This document shows, piece by piece, positions 29,401 through 42,945 of a DNA stretch of 64,000 nt. Position 1 is the stretch's first letter. Every line of letters starts with the position of its first letter. The notes below the pieces were generated by a model. It worked only from the letters and a program-made list of their open reading frames with translations, was not told the DNA's origin and ran no database searches. A program made the position numbers and the translations under genes. This stretch comes from the human T2T-CHM13v2.0 reference genome, Homo sapiens. Where the stretch lies: assembly GCF_009914755.1 (NCBI RefSeq), contig NC_060937.1; one strand, given 5' to 3'.

Positions 29401-29698
29401 TTTCCTGGTTTTTTTTTTTTTGACAGAGTCTTGCTCTGTTGACAGGCTGGATTGCAGTGGTGCAATCTCAGCTCACTGAAACCTCCACCACCGGGGTTCA
29501 AGTGATTCTCCTGCTTCAGCCTCCCGAGTAGCTGGGACTACAGGCTCATGCCACCACACCCAGCTAATTTTTCTATTTTTAGTAGAGTTGGGGTTTCACC
29601 ATGTTGGCCAGGATGGTCTTGATCTCCTGACCTCGTGATCCGCCTGCCTTGGCCTCCCAAAGTTCTAGGATTACAGGCGTGAGCCACCGTACCCGGCC
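29401..29698 (-). mobile_element. AluSc-type Alu
   Basis: Full dimer; TSD gt(g/a)cttctatattttct. Confidence 0.93.
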
Positions 29699-30052
29699 AG
29701 TACTTCTATATTTTCTAGAAAGAATAAAAATGATCATAATAATTAACAAAACCACTTATTACTTTCTTCCCATTGGCCCAAAAAAGCAACTAGAGACACA
29801 CTCTAAATTTTAAATGAGAATATCCAATCTGTCTCATGGCTGATTGGTTTCAGGAAAATGAATTTGGGTTTGTTTTATCTCTTCATGGTGACTCTCGTTT
29901 CTGAATTGAAGTAGGAGTTGATCATCAACTTTCTCATTGTGTAGCTGCATTTGCAAAACTATTTAGCATCCCCTAAGACTAGGATTGGTTAAACGGTGCT
30001 CTACTTTCCATTTCTCTGTAGTAGAACCTAGAATCTTCCCTTGGTGGGTCCC

Positions 30053-30717
30053 TATATTAGTCTATTTTCACACTGCTGATAAAGACATACCCGAGACCCG
30101 GAAGAAAAAGAGATTTTTTTTTTTTTTTTTGAGTCGGAGGCTCGCTCTGTGGCCCAGGCTGGAGTGCAGTGGCGCATCTCTGCTCACTGCAAGCTCCGCC
30201 TCCCGGGTTCACGCCATTCTCCTGCCTCAGCCTCCTGAGTAGCTGGGAATACAGGCACCCACCACCATGCCCGGCAAATTTTTTTCTATTTTTTAGTAGA
30301 GACGGGGTTTCACCGTGTTAGCCAGGATGGTCTCGATCTCCTGACCTCGTGATCCACCCGCCTTGGCCTCCCAAAGTGCTGGGATTACAGGTGTGAGCTA
30401 CCAAGCCCGGCCAAGAAAAAGATATTTAATTGGACTTACAGTTCCACATGGCTGGGGAGGCCTGAGAATCATGGCGTGGGGTGAAAAGCACTTCTTAATG
30501 GCAGCTGCAAGACATAAGTGAGGAAGAAGCAAAAGCAGAAACCCCTGGTAAACCTATCAGATCTTGTGAGACTCATTCACTATCACTGGAATAGCAGGGG
30601 AAAGACCGGCCCTTATGATTCGATTACCTCCCCCCAGGTGCCTCCCAAAACACGTGGGAATTCTGCAAGATACAATTCAAGTTGAGATTTGGGTGGGGAC
30701 AAAGCCAAACCATATCA
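30053..30717 (-). mobile_element. THE1C MaLR solo LTR, interrupted by an AluY
   Basis: 'gctgataaagacatacccgagac' to 'gccaaaccatatca'; perfect 5-bp TSD gtccc. Confidence 0.92.
30114..30412 (-). mobile_element. AluY inside THE1C
   Basis: Y diagnostics; TSD aagaaaaaga(g/t)attt. Confidence 0.95.
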
Positions 30718-31281
30718 GTCCCACTGCTAATAAGTTCTATTGTTTCTTTACGAAATATTTGAGTCAAGTGACTGACAGAGAGCTTCCCATCTTGTTGCTA
30801 AGTGACCTGCTGTTCACATGGCTGTGTTTTGCCCATCTTGCTTAGATCTGCCTTGTCCATGAGAAGTCCTGCCTGGGATGCAGAGCAGTTTCCCTCCCAG
30901 GTGCCTCCCGCAATTCCCCTTACAGGGTGGCGCTCATTACTCACTAGATGGACTTCTCCGCTGCTGTGTGGGAGAACTCATGTTTCCCCAGAGGGGAGGG
31001 AGAGATACTTTCCCCCAACTACTTCTAGATTCTTTTTCCACTGTGCTTTTTTTTCATGAGAGAAGACTGTTCCAGTAGTGTCAAGGAGATATGCTGCTGG
31101 CATTAGGAGCTGGAACTGCCATTACTGGGTTAATTGGAGTCAGGGTCAAGTCCTGGTTAAGAATGCCAAGAGACACTAACAAACTGAAGGGGCGATTGGG
31201 ATATGAATCAAGACACTCACTTAGAAGACAGAGATGGAGATTTTATTCTGAGGTCAATCTTTATAACAAGAAACAGAATCA

Positions 31282-31422
31282 GGCTGGGCAGGGTGGCTCA
31301 TGTCTGTAATCCCAACGCTTTGGGAGGCTGAGGCAGGAGGATTGCTTGAGCCCAGGAGTTCATGACAAGCCTAGGTAACACAATGAGATCCTGTCTGTAC
31401 AAACAATAAAAATAAAAAATTA
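31282..31422 (+). mobile_element. AluJ left arm plus linker (5' part of an Alu/7SL chimera)
   Basis: 'ggctgggcagggtggctcatgtctgtaatccc...gagcccaggagttc' followed by an A-rich linker ending 'aaaaatta'. Confidence 0.9.
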
Positions 31423-31751
31423 TCCAGGTGTGGTGGTGTGTGCCTCTAGTCCCAGCTACTCAAGGGGCTGAGGCAGGAGGATTTCTTGGGCTCAGTGGTT
31501 CTGGGCTGTAGGGTGCTATGCCAATGGATGGGGTGTCTGTGATAAGTTCCACATCAAGATAGTGACCTTCTGGAATCAGGAGACCACTAGATTGCCTAAG
31601 GAGGGGTGAGCCAGCCCAGGTCAGGAAGGGAACAGGTCAGAACTCCCACACTGGTCAGCAGATCAGTAGAGGGATCTGTGTATAGCCACTGCCCTCCTCC
31701 AGCCTGGGCAAAATAGGAAGACTCTGTCTCTATCATAAAAAATAAATAAAA
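31423..31751 (+). pseudogene. 7SL (SRP) RNA retropseudogene including the S domain, with A-rich tail
   Basis: 7SL-specific sequence absent from Alu: 'ttctgggctgtagggtgctatgcc', 'gattgcctaaggaggggtgagccagcccaggtc', 'caggtcagaactccc', 'atagccactgc'. Confidence 0.93.
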
Positions 31752-32082
31752 GACCAAAGGGGGGTGGTAGAGGAAGTCCTCCATTTGGTCTCTTAGGCCA
31801 GGATGGGGTAGGGCTGGAGGGAAAGACCATCTGAGTCTCTGACTGTACCTGATGTGGCTCACAGAGGACTTTCCTACCTCTTTGGTTCTTTAGGGAGTTC
31901 TGACTCAGGATTTCTTAGCAATGGCCAATTCTTCTACATACAAATCTGTTTCTTTCTTTTCCTTTCCATGCCCCATCTTTGGACATCCAGTCATGAAAGG
32001 GAGGCCAGTAGATTTATCAGTTTATAGATAGGAAAAGAAAACATGTGGCTTTGGGTATAAGTGCACTTAAGAAGTCGTATTT

Positions 32083-32443
<361 letters not shown>

Positions 32444-33062
32444 TTATAATTTTAAGTATATTTCAGAAAGCCATCTGTATAGAAAATATTCTCCTATAAA
32501 CATATAATTGCTAAGGTAATCTTTGATATTGGTTAGAAATCCCTAGAGCTTTACCCTGAAAGGGCCATTTCTAAGATTTATAAAAAGGTAAACTGAATGG
32601 GGACAATGACCATGAGGTTCTATGCAGATCACTGGCCTGGAGGATTTTCATAACTTTTCTCCTGTTTTATATTTGTGCTAGTAATATAATACACTGGTTG
32701 AAATCAGGGAACTTGGAGGAATAAGCAGCTCTGTTTTCTATGAACTGTAGGTAGCTAGCTAGCTGCTTCTGCTAGAGAGAGGAGCAAGGACTAGAATGAC
32801 ACACTTGCAAGTGTCCTTACACAAAGCTGTCCACGTGTCCAGAGCCATGACAAGCTAGGGGACTGTGACAATAAAAGACAACGGTTCCGGCCGAGTTGGT
32901 CCCATCCAAGGCTGGGCAGAGGGTGAGGGCTGCATGAACGGTGACTCACAACCTTTCCATGGATTCCATTTCCCTCCCTACCTTGGCCCTGTCTGAGATC
33001 CCGTGACTTCACGTCCACGCGAGAACTCTCCAAGTGCCCCGGGCTCCCCAACCACCTCTATC

Positions 33063-33361
33063 TTTTTTTTTTTTTTTTTTGAGACAGAGTATCGCTCTGT
33101 CGCCCAGGCTGGACTGCAGTGGCGGCAATCTTGACTCACTGCAAGCTCCGCCTCCCGGGTTCACTCCATTCTCCTGCCTCAGCCTCCCGAGTAGCTGGGA
33201 CTACAGGCGCCGGCCGCCATGCCCAGCTAATTTTTGTATTTTTAGTAGAGACAGGGTTTCACCGTGTTAGCCAGGGTGGTCTCGATCTTCTGACCTCGTG
33301 ATCTGCCCGCCTCGGCCTCCCAAAGTGCTGGGATTACAGGCATGAGCCACCGCGCCCGGCC
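33063..33361 (-). mobile_element. AluY-type Alu
   Basis: Full dimer; TSD cca(a/t)ccacctct. Confidence 0.94.
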
Positions 33362-33559
33362 CCATCCACCTCTGTTTTGTCTTCACTCCATTCCATGCTG
33401 TGCAGCCTGCGGCAGCTCCTTCATTCAACTCGACACAGCATCAATAGCAGAATTCACAATCTCCGCGCTGAGTCAGCTCCTTCTCATGACACCATCTGTC
33501 ACTTGTGACTCCAGGTTCGTCCGTCTCCTTCCTCTGCTGTGCCTCTCCCTGTTGCTCAG

Positions 33560-34314
33560 TTGCTAAATCCTGGAAGCTGATTCGTTGATGCTGCCTTCAT
33601 TGGTGCTGTAGCGGCTTCACTGATGTTGACACCCAGCTCCTCCTTCCCTCCGTCTCTCTCCACACCTCTCTCAGCTCCTTTAGCAATACTCCTCTGGCTC
33701 ACAGCAATGTTTTCTTTACTCATCTGTCTGTCTTCTGGCCTTGCCCTTCTCTTTTTCCTGCACACAACTCCCTGCCTCGTCACCCTGAGCTTGGCTTTGA
33801 TCATGAGAGTCCTCTGGTCAAAAATCTTCATTGGCTTCTCTTGGTTGCCCACTGAGTGAAGCCACCTCTCCCTATGAGACCTACTCATAGACTTCATGAC
33901 TTGGCCCAAATTATCTTTCCAGCCCCAGACTCCAGCCAACTGTACTGTCCCAGGCACCTGAACATCGTGCGGTCCCTGCTGAACAGCCCTTCCTCCTTGA
34001 CCCGGTTCATCTGTTGCAATCCCATCTTCTAGGGCTTAGATAAAGGAGCAATTCACAGAAGCTGCATTCACCCCCCTGAAACTCTGAAAATGACTCCACA
34101 CCTTCTGATTTCTACAAAACTTTGTATCTTCTTACAAACTTTATTACACCGGTGTAGGATTATATTTATGTGGGATTATGCCTTATTTACCACGAGATTA
34201 TAATTTCCTGAGGTTACGCACCATTATTTTCTCAATGTCGTTTCTACTGCACTGGGCCATCAAGCATGCTTTTAAGGGATTGAAGGCCTGAGTGAATGAA
34301 TGAATGAATGAATG
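33560..34314 (+). mobile_element. L2 3' portion ending in a (TGAA)n tail
   Basis: 'tcaaaaatcttcattggcttctc' and the terminal tgaatgaatgaatg repeat typical of L2. Confidence 0.65.
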
Positions 34315-34549
34315 TCCCCCTTAAAGAGTAATTTTTCTAAACATTAGAACATAGACATATTTAAATACAATAATTATATCAGTACTAGTTAATGTTTATG
34401 TTCAGACATTTAAATAGTTTCACTGATAAAGAAAAAAACAGAAAATAATTTTTTGCACTTAATACTAGCTACACCTAGGAAACACTGGGCATATTGGATC
34501 ATAAGGCTGCTATTTTCCAAAACCTTCTTATAAATGCCTCCAGAGCTAC

Positions 34550-35559
<1,010 letters not shown>

Positions 35560-36199
35560 TAAATGACTTTTGGATGTTTCTCAAATAAGATTTGCTTCTA
35601 TTGAGGCTGTAGAATTCTGTGCTGCAGGTCGCGAAAGCGAACCCGAGGGGGAAATGGGACAGCAGCACCGTTGGAAGAGATGCTCAGTGTCTGGGGGGGG
35701 TGCCTCTGGCCTCACAAGTTAGGATCTGGTGGGTTTGATTCTCTACTTACTACTTACCAGCAAGGATGATCCTGAAACGAAAAGGCCAACAGAAACAGGA
35801 TTCCTGCATTTGTGTTTCAGGGAACTCTTTGAGGAATGAACACACGCGTGTGGGCAGAGGCCAGGTTACGCTGCAGGCATAAACAAGCCACAGCAAAGTT
35901 TATTCCTCACTTCCCCAGTGTCTGTGGAGGTCAAGGCTGCTCTCCAGAACAGCTGCCCTTGAAGGGGACAGTGGCACAGCCTGGCCTGATCCTGTGGCTC
36001 CATCATCTCGACCTTCAACAGCAGCCTCTACTGTCCCCATACCAGCAGAGAGAAGGCCTGAGGCCCCACCAGTGCCCCACCAACGCCACAGGGCTGGCCA
36101 TGGAGTGTGTAGGAGCCAAGAAGAAGAGGACAAGGGAATGTTGGTGAGTACTGATGACTTCCACCACTCGTGAGAGACAGGCACAAGGAGTCACTTACA

Positions 36200-36560
36200 T
36201 CTTTCAGTTAAATGAGTACTCACTGAGCCAATACTTTATGTTTAGCACTTTTCTTAGCCTAGGCAGTTGATGAGGGTGGAGAGGGGATGATACATAAAAT
36301 AGAGTCCTCATCCTCTAAGTGTTGAGAGCTTTCTGCAAAAGCAAGAGACTTGAAATAATTTAAGAGCAATGAAAGGCCTCCTGTGACAACTTTCCTAATT
36401 TTACTTTTCAGACAATGTTTTGGGAGAAGAGTCAGGAGGAGAGATGGGCGGTCCAGGCAGAAGAATAGCCTGAGCAAATGTGGAAGGGAGGATGGGGGTC
36501 CTCACTGAGGAGCAGGGGCCAGTGGAGAGGCAGGGGGAGAGACGGAGGAAGAGGTGGGGG
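36200..36560 (-). mobile_element. L2 fragment
   Basis: 'aatagagtcctcatcctctaag' and 'ccaggcagaagaatagcctgagcaaatg'. Confidence 0.55.
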
Positions 36561-36609
36561 ACAGAAAGAGAGGTCAGATTTTCTAGAGAAGCTGCGGTCT
36601 TGGGAGGAA

Positions 36610-36850
36610 AGGCATTGGAGTTAGGATGCATGGGTTTGAATTCTCACTCTGGTTTTCCCACTTGCTGCTCTGGGACACTGCTTAAATCGATTCACCCCTT
36701 TGGGCCTCAGTCCACTTCTTTGTAAAATGGGTGGTAAGCATTGCACTCATCCCAAGGCTTGTTCGGAGGCCTAAATAACATAATACATTCCAAGCATTAG
36801 AACGGTGCCTGACGAAGTACAAAACTCTCAGCAAATGTGAGTCTTGTCAT
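36610..36850 (+). mobile_element. MIR
   Basis: 'tgggtttgaattctcactctg...gggcctcagtccacttctttgtaaaatggg...aagcattagaacggtgcctgac'. Confidence 0.8.
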
Positions 36851-38669
36851 TCTGGAAAGGGTGAGTTAGGCGGGGCAAGTGTGAAAACTGCAAAGTGCAG
36901 GAGAGTTTGAGCTTTATTCAAGATAGAAGGGAGACCTTGACCTAAAGGATATTTCCCAGCATCTGCATAAAATCTGTATTATAAGGTAAACCTCCATCTT
37001 CTCTTCCATTTGCTAGCTTTACAGTTCAGCCCTATCAATCTCATCCCCAATAATGAATGCAAGTTGCGCAGACAGAAATTGCATAGCAACATCCCTCTTG
37101 TGAGCAATTCATTCCCTCCTGCCCGGGTCGGTTTTTGCTTCTCAGCCAGCCGGCTATTGCCTGCTGGCTCCTTCCTCCATTCGACAGTTTCCTAATACCT
37201 TTTTCTGCTCACATTGCCCAGGGGTGGACATAAGGAAATATAATATATAACTCCTGCTCTCAAGGAACTTACCAAATAGTCACATCAAAACTTGGCTTTT
37301 CCAAGTCCATTTTTAGAAACTTTTGTTTCAATGGAATGAGAAAAAGTAAAAATAGCTCAAGCAGACATTTCAAAGCCATCTTAAATTGTGCTTCACTCAT
37401 TTTTTCTTCTTATGTTGGGAGTATCTTTAGCTTCTATAGAAGGACAAATAAAAGTAAATTCCTCGCAGCCATTAATGCTATTTATGCTCAACAGTGCATT
37501 ATGTTTCTAAAGAAATAGCTTGGGAAGCTGAAAGAGCCCTTTTTTGTGTGGAAATCCAACTCTTTTTTTGTGGTTATTGCTGTCTTTCTGTACATTCCAA
37601 CATCAGTTCGCTGAGCATGTAAGAAGGACCTGCACCCTCACGGGGCCTCCTCTGGAAGCAGGTGCTCGGCCCCTGCATCAAATCCCAGACCTGGCCCTGC
37701 CATCCTGCCTTCTTCTCCTCTCCCTGGTAGTTTTCTCAGAAAAATGAGAGGGCTTAGGCCTCTGACAGATGATTTGCCTGGGAAGCCCAGCAAGTCAGCA
37801 GGCAAAGACGCACACATCTCTGTTGATGCAGCTTTGATAAATGACATTCCCCTGTAACCCCAAGTCTGCACGACAAAGGTGGCGCCCTCCCCTCCTAACA
37901 GCACCGCCTACCATTCGCTGTGTGCGCTTGACAGGGGTTTAAAGGATCATCGCTCTGCTTTCTCATGAAAAAGAGTTTTTGTTTTTTTTTTTTACTGCTT
38001 ATTCAATGATCATAATTTGAGACAGCAAAATATAAAATATCAAGTCACCCTATTGAATAAACACATTTCTAATTAAAATGGTGGAGAGAGGCTATGCTGG
38101 CTGGAGGAGGGGATCAAGGATACGAGACCCATCTGTTATTGTTTGGACCTCACTTTGAGGGAGTCATAAAAGGCAAGCTGTGCAGACAGAAACTCCACTT
38201 GGCCACTCCTTCCATGACAATTAGTGTTTTGTGTCCATGTTAGTTTCCATGGATCTCTGTCCTCTTTAGGGCACAGTGGAGAACACAGGGTGGTTGAATT
38301 ACAGGGTCTTTTCTCTGTTATACATCAGAGCAGGAGAGACGAAGACAGTCAGGTGCAGTCTCTTGCTCGTGGTTGTAGTTCTTTGGTTGGTAGAGCTACC
38401 ATCTTGGGACTTTCCCTCCCAACACCTCCTTTTGTAGAGATGGTATCCTACAAGGGGCTGGGGCATCTTAAGTTCCTTCTCATTCATTCACGCCTTTATA
38501 TTTACAACCACATATTCCATATGAGAGCTGCCTCCCATGGCTATTCAATGCCTACCATGTGCCATGGACGTGGCATTTCTCACTTACTTCCCATCCCAGT
38601 CCTAAGAGATAGGCGTGAAAGCCAACATGGAGTAGGTGTAGTGAGTGCTTTGGAAGATCTTGCTTGATG

Positions 38670-38840
38670 TTTGAAATAACCACAAGAGGTAAAACTGTCA
38701 TTCCCATAGTGTCTTATAGTGGAGGACACAGAGGCTCAGCAAGATTAAGCAACTTGACCAAAGTCCCATAGGTAGTAAATTAGAAAACTGGAATTTCAAC
38801 CCGTACTCGAGGGACCCCAAGGTCCATGATCCTCCCACTG
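38670..38840 (-). mobile_element. MIR
   Basis: 'gaggacacagaggctcagcaagattaagcaacttgaccaaagtcccatag'. Confidence 0.7.
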
Positions 38841-38958
38841 CTCCTGTGGCCGTTCATCTCTGACACCAGTGATCATGTCATTGTTTTCTCCTGGAGTGCA
38901 GAGAGATTCTGCAAGTGTTCAGCATGACTCACAGTTCCATATAAGAAGGTAAGCATTA

Positions 38959-39389
38959 GGCCAGGCCATGGTGGCTCATGCCTATAATCTGAGTGCTTTG
39001 GGAGGCTGAGGGGGGAGGATCACTTGAGGCCAGGAGTTTGAGACCAGCTTGGGGAACAAAGGGAGATCTCATCTCTACAAAAAAAAAGTTTAAAAATAAT
39101 TAGCTGGGTGAAGTTGTGCACGTCTGTGTTCTCAGATGCTCACAAGGCTGAGGCCAGAGGGTTACTTGAGCCCAGGAGTTTGAGACCAGCTTGGGGAACA
39201 AAGGGAGATCTCATCTCTGAAAAAAAAAAGTTTAAAAATAATTAGCTGGGCGAAGTTGTGCACATCTGTGTTCTCAGATGCTCACAAGGCTGAGCCCAGG
39301 GGAGTCAAGAGTGCAGTGAGCTGTGATCGTTCTACTGCACTCCAGCCTGGGCAACAGAGCAAGACCTTGTCTCAAAAAAAAAAAAAAAA
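38959..39389 (+). mobile_element. AluJ with an internal tandem duplication (trimeric)
   Basis: 39030-39152 is repeated at 39172-39294; a single degenerate TSD aagaa(g/t)gtaag flanks the whole element. Confidence 0.93.
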
Positions 39390-39624
39390 AAGAATGTAAG
39401 TTTTAGAAGTTTTTCTATACCTTTGTTTACCTCACTTATTCTTTTATTACCAATTTTATGCCAGTTGATTGCTTTATCTTCATAATTTTACAATTATTCT
39501 GTATTTTCAGTGTATACTGTCATTTGCTGAAATGATTGTCTCAATTAAGCAAAGAAACAACATGCTTAAAGGAGATGACATATCAAAGATTTTGCAATTC
39601 GTATCCAAAGTGTTTATAATTTAG

Positions 39625-39975
<351 letters not shown>

Positions 39976-39981
39976 TGAAAA

Positions 39982-40283
39982 GGCCAGGCGCGGTGGCTCA
40001 CGCCTGTGATCCCAGCACTTTGGGAGGCTGAGGCAGGCGGATCATGAGGTCAGGAGATGGAGACCATCCTGGCCAACATGGTGAAACCCCTTCTCTACTA
40101 AAAATACAAAAATTAGCTGGGCGTGGTGGCATGTGCCTGTAATCCCAGCTACTTGGGAGAATCGCTTGAACCCAGGAGGTGGAGGTTGCAGCGAGCCAAG
40201 ATCGCACCACTGCACTCCAGCCTGGGCAACAGAGCAAGACCTTGTCTCAAAAAAAAAGAAAAGAAAAAAGAAACAAAAAAGAA
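39982..40283 (+). mobile_element. AluSc-type Alu with a short right-arm deletion
   Basis: 'gatcatgaggtcaggagatggagaccatcctggccaacatgg'; 'tacttggga|gaatcgc' lacks ggctgaggcagga. Confidence 0.93.
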
Positions 40284-41666
40284 ACTTGAATGTAATGAAC
40301 AACATTCAACATTTCCTTTTTTTTGCTGAATGACAATTGGTTCAATCATTGTTAAGACAAACTCGGTAGGTAGCTATCTCCCTGTGTTGAACTCCCACAG
40401 CGTCTGTTTCACTGCCTTGCTCCCGTGTCTGTGACATAATGGGATGGCCGTGGCAAGGGAGGGGAGAGCAAGGAGATAGACCTTACCTATCTCTGCAGCA
40501 CCTCTTGCTTGCGGAATCCCGCCCTTATTGTCCAACCTAAAAGGGGGTTGTGGCCTCCATCAGAGGCTGCCTCCTGAGCTCACATGCTCCTGCCTGCCCT
40601 CTTCATTTTTCTGTTTCTCTTTTGTCCCATCCTTCCACTATCCACTGCAAGGAGCTCCCACGCAGATGTGTGCAAATATCTGAGCCCAGGACCTCTGGGG
40701 AGGGGGTTGGGGGTTCAGGCTGCCCCAGTGAGAGCAAGCATCCTCTCATTTCCCTAAAAGGTGCCTGAAGGCCAGCAGAGGCTTGCCAGAGCTCACATGC
40801 ACCTCTACTTCATCTTTGCCAGCAAGCCAGCAGGCAGAGATGCACCTGTCTTTGTTGATGCGGCTTTGACGAATGAACAGATACCCCCTCCTACTGGGGT
40901 CCTAGTAAGAGGCCACTTACTGGCTAGAAATGGTCCAACCCAGTATCTCAGTTTCAGATTTTGTGAGTAACCAGGCTCCTTTCAATACCTGGTTTAATGA
41001 AAGTATGCAGGGCCATTTTCCCCATCACAGCAGCAGACGGCTCTGGCTGAGTCCAGCAAGGGGCATTGGCCTGCCCAGGGTGCAAATGCTGTTCCCCCAA
41101 CCCTGGCTTCTCTCTGGCCAGTGGCAAAGGCTCCCTTTCTCTGCCCCTCGAATCCTAGCATGTTAAGTTCCCTCTCATACCACCACACTCTTGTCTCTCA
41201 TTGTCTTATTTTCTATTTAAAAAATCCATTTATTTTTCTTAGTTTCCCCTTTTGATGCTTGCAGTACTCACACAGTTTCCAACCTGCCCAGGAAGGAGCT
41301 CATTCTCTTCCAGCCTCAGTTTTCTTTCTTTTTGTGGATTCTGCATTTTCTCCCTGCTTTGCATCTATGTGCACAAGGGCGTCCCCATTTAACTTTATCA
41401 CTGCCTTATGACGCCTGGATTTTCACAACAACACTTGCGAATATTGCTTATTCTTTTAAGAATTACTAAAATTTACCCTCTGGTAGAAAGATTGACAAGG
41501 ACTGAATATCAAAAATATTACAGCGGTTTGGAGACTGGGAGGTTTACCAGTCACTTTGCTGTGAGCCCATGGGGTAACTTCTGCCATGGACTGGGAAGTA
41601 GAAAATAACCTGTCAGAGGGCCTGGCTTTTGGAACGTCGGGCTGGAAGAGTGCCAAGAGAGATGAA

Positions 41667-42223
41667 CTAGTGTCAGTAAACTTCTCCTGTGAAAGGCCAG
41701 AGAGTGACTATTCTGCAACTGCAAAACTCTGTTACTGTTGCATGAAAGCAGCCATATACATTATCTAGAAAAGTGGGCATGGCTCTGTTCCAATAAAACT
41801 TTTGTTAAATTAACTTAAATTTGGCCTGAGGCTCCCCGGGCACCTTGAGTCCTTAGGTAGTGAACTTTGACCTTAGCGTATAAACAAGCCTAATTTAGGA
41901 GCATAACAAACAGCTGAGTTTCAGCCAATCACAAACAGCCACCTTATCACACCATGCCCATATAAGGCAGATGCCTGACTGTAGCCAATCAGGTGATTTC
42001 TCTACTTTGCCTCTGTGTCCAGCCTACAAAAGCCCCCGGCTCATATGGATGGCCGCAGATCTCAGGACCCCCACTGGTTTAGGATGCTTCCTGATTCATA
42101 AAGCATTCTTTGCTCAAATAAACTCGTTAAATTCAATGTGACTAAAGTTTTTCTTTTAATGCCTTATTTGCAAAAACAGGTAATGGACTGAAATTGACCC
42201 ATGAGTCAGTTTCCAGACTCCTG
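41667..42223 (+). mobile_element. MER58A hAT element split by an LTR
   Basis: 'gtcagtaaacttctcctgtgaaaggccaga...ggctctgttccaataaaacttt' resumes at 'atttgcaaaaacagg...gactcctg'. Confidence 0.8.
41803..42161 (+). mobile_element. MER57-like ERV1 solo LTR
   Basis: 'tgttaaattaacttaaatttggcctgagg', two 'agccaatca' boxes, and 'ctttgctcaaataaactc...tttttcttttaa'. Confidence 0.75.
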
Positions 42224-42849
42224 ATCTAGACTAAAGGCCTGTTCTTACACAATAGAAACCAAGGTCCAGAGATGGGAAATGAATCATTTAGAGTCAGAGA
42301 GTTTATATTTGAAAGAGGTAAAACTGAGTCTCCCTGGAGCAGGAGATAATGTAAGATGAAGTGTGGCTGTGAGGGCTCATGCTTGGGGTAAGAGACAGTG
42401 GGTGAATATTTCAAGTCTGACTGATGGTACTGCCAAAGGCTGCAATTGCACCACGTAATGGGAGACTTGTCTAACTCGTGGGGCTGAGAGCACTTATGAA
42501 GAGCAAAACACATGCTACTTGGTATCAGAGAGTCTAGAAGGAATCAAAAACAGAATAAAGGTGTTTTAAGCATGGAGTTGCTGTTTTCAGTAGAATACAA
42601 ACAGTAGGCTTATAATTATGTATGCAGCTTCAACTAAGACTTGGTTTTAGCATCTCAGCTATTTGCCAGTGCCATAAAACACATGACATTCCAAAAAGGA
42701 AAGAGAAAGGAGCTGCACTACTTTAGTTGAAGGGTTTATGGGAACAAAATTAATAGTGACATTAGCATGAAGGTTCACACATTGCACAGAAAGGAGTAGA
42801 AATAAAATAAATCAACGCCTGTGGGAAGAGGAGAGAAGTCCCTCCTATA

Positions 42850-42945
42850 TTCATTAAGTTATTCAACAAATGTTATTGAAAGGTTTCTAGCTGCAGGCAC
42901 CATTCTAGGTCCTGGACATGCAGCGGTGACTAAGATGTACAAGAC
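42850..42945 (-). mobile_element. L2 3' end fragment
   Basis: 'attcaacaaatgttattga...caggcaccattctaggtcctgga'. Confidence 0.7.

Noticed and set aside
31423-31731. Functional 7SL gene
   Set aside because: Heavy CpG decay, indels, a mutated helix 8 region, an A-rich tail and no native upstream promoter.
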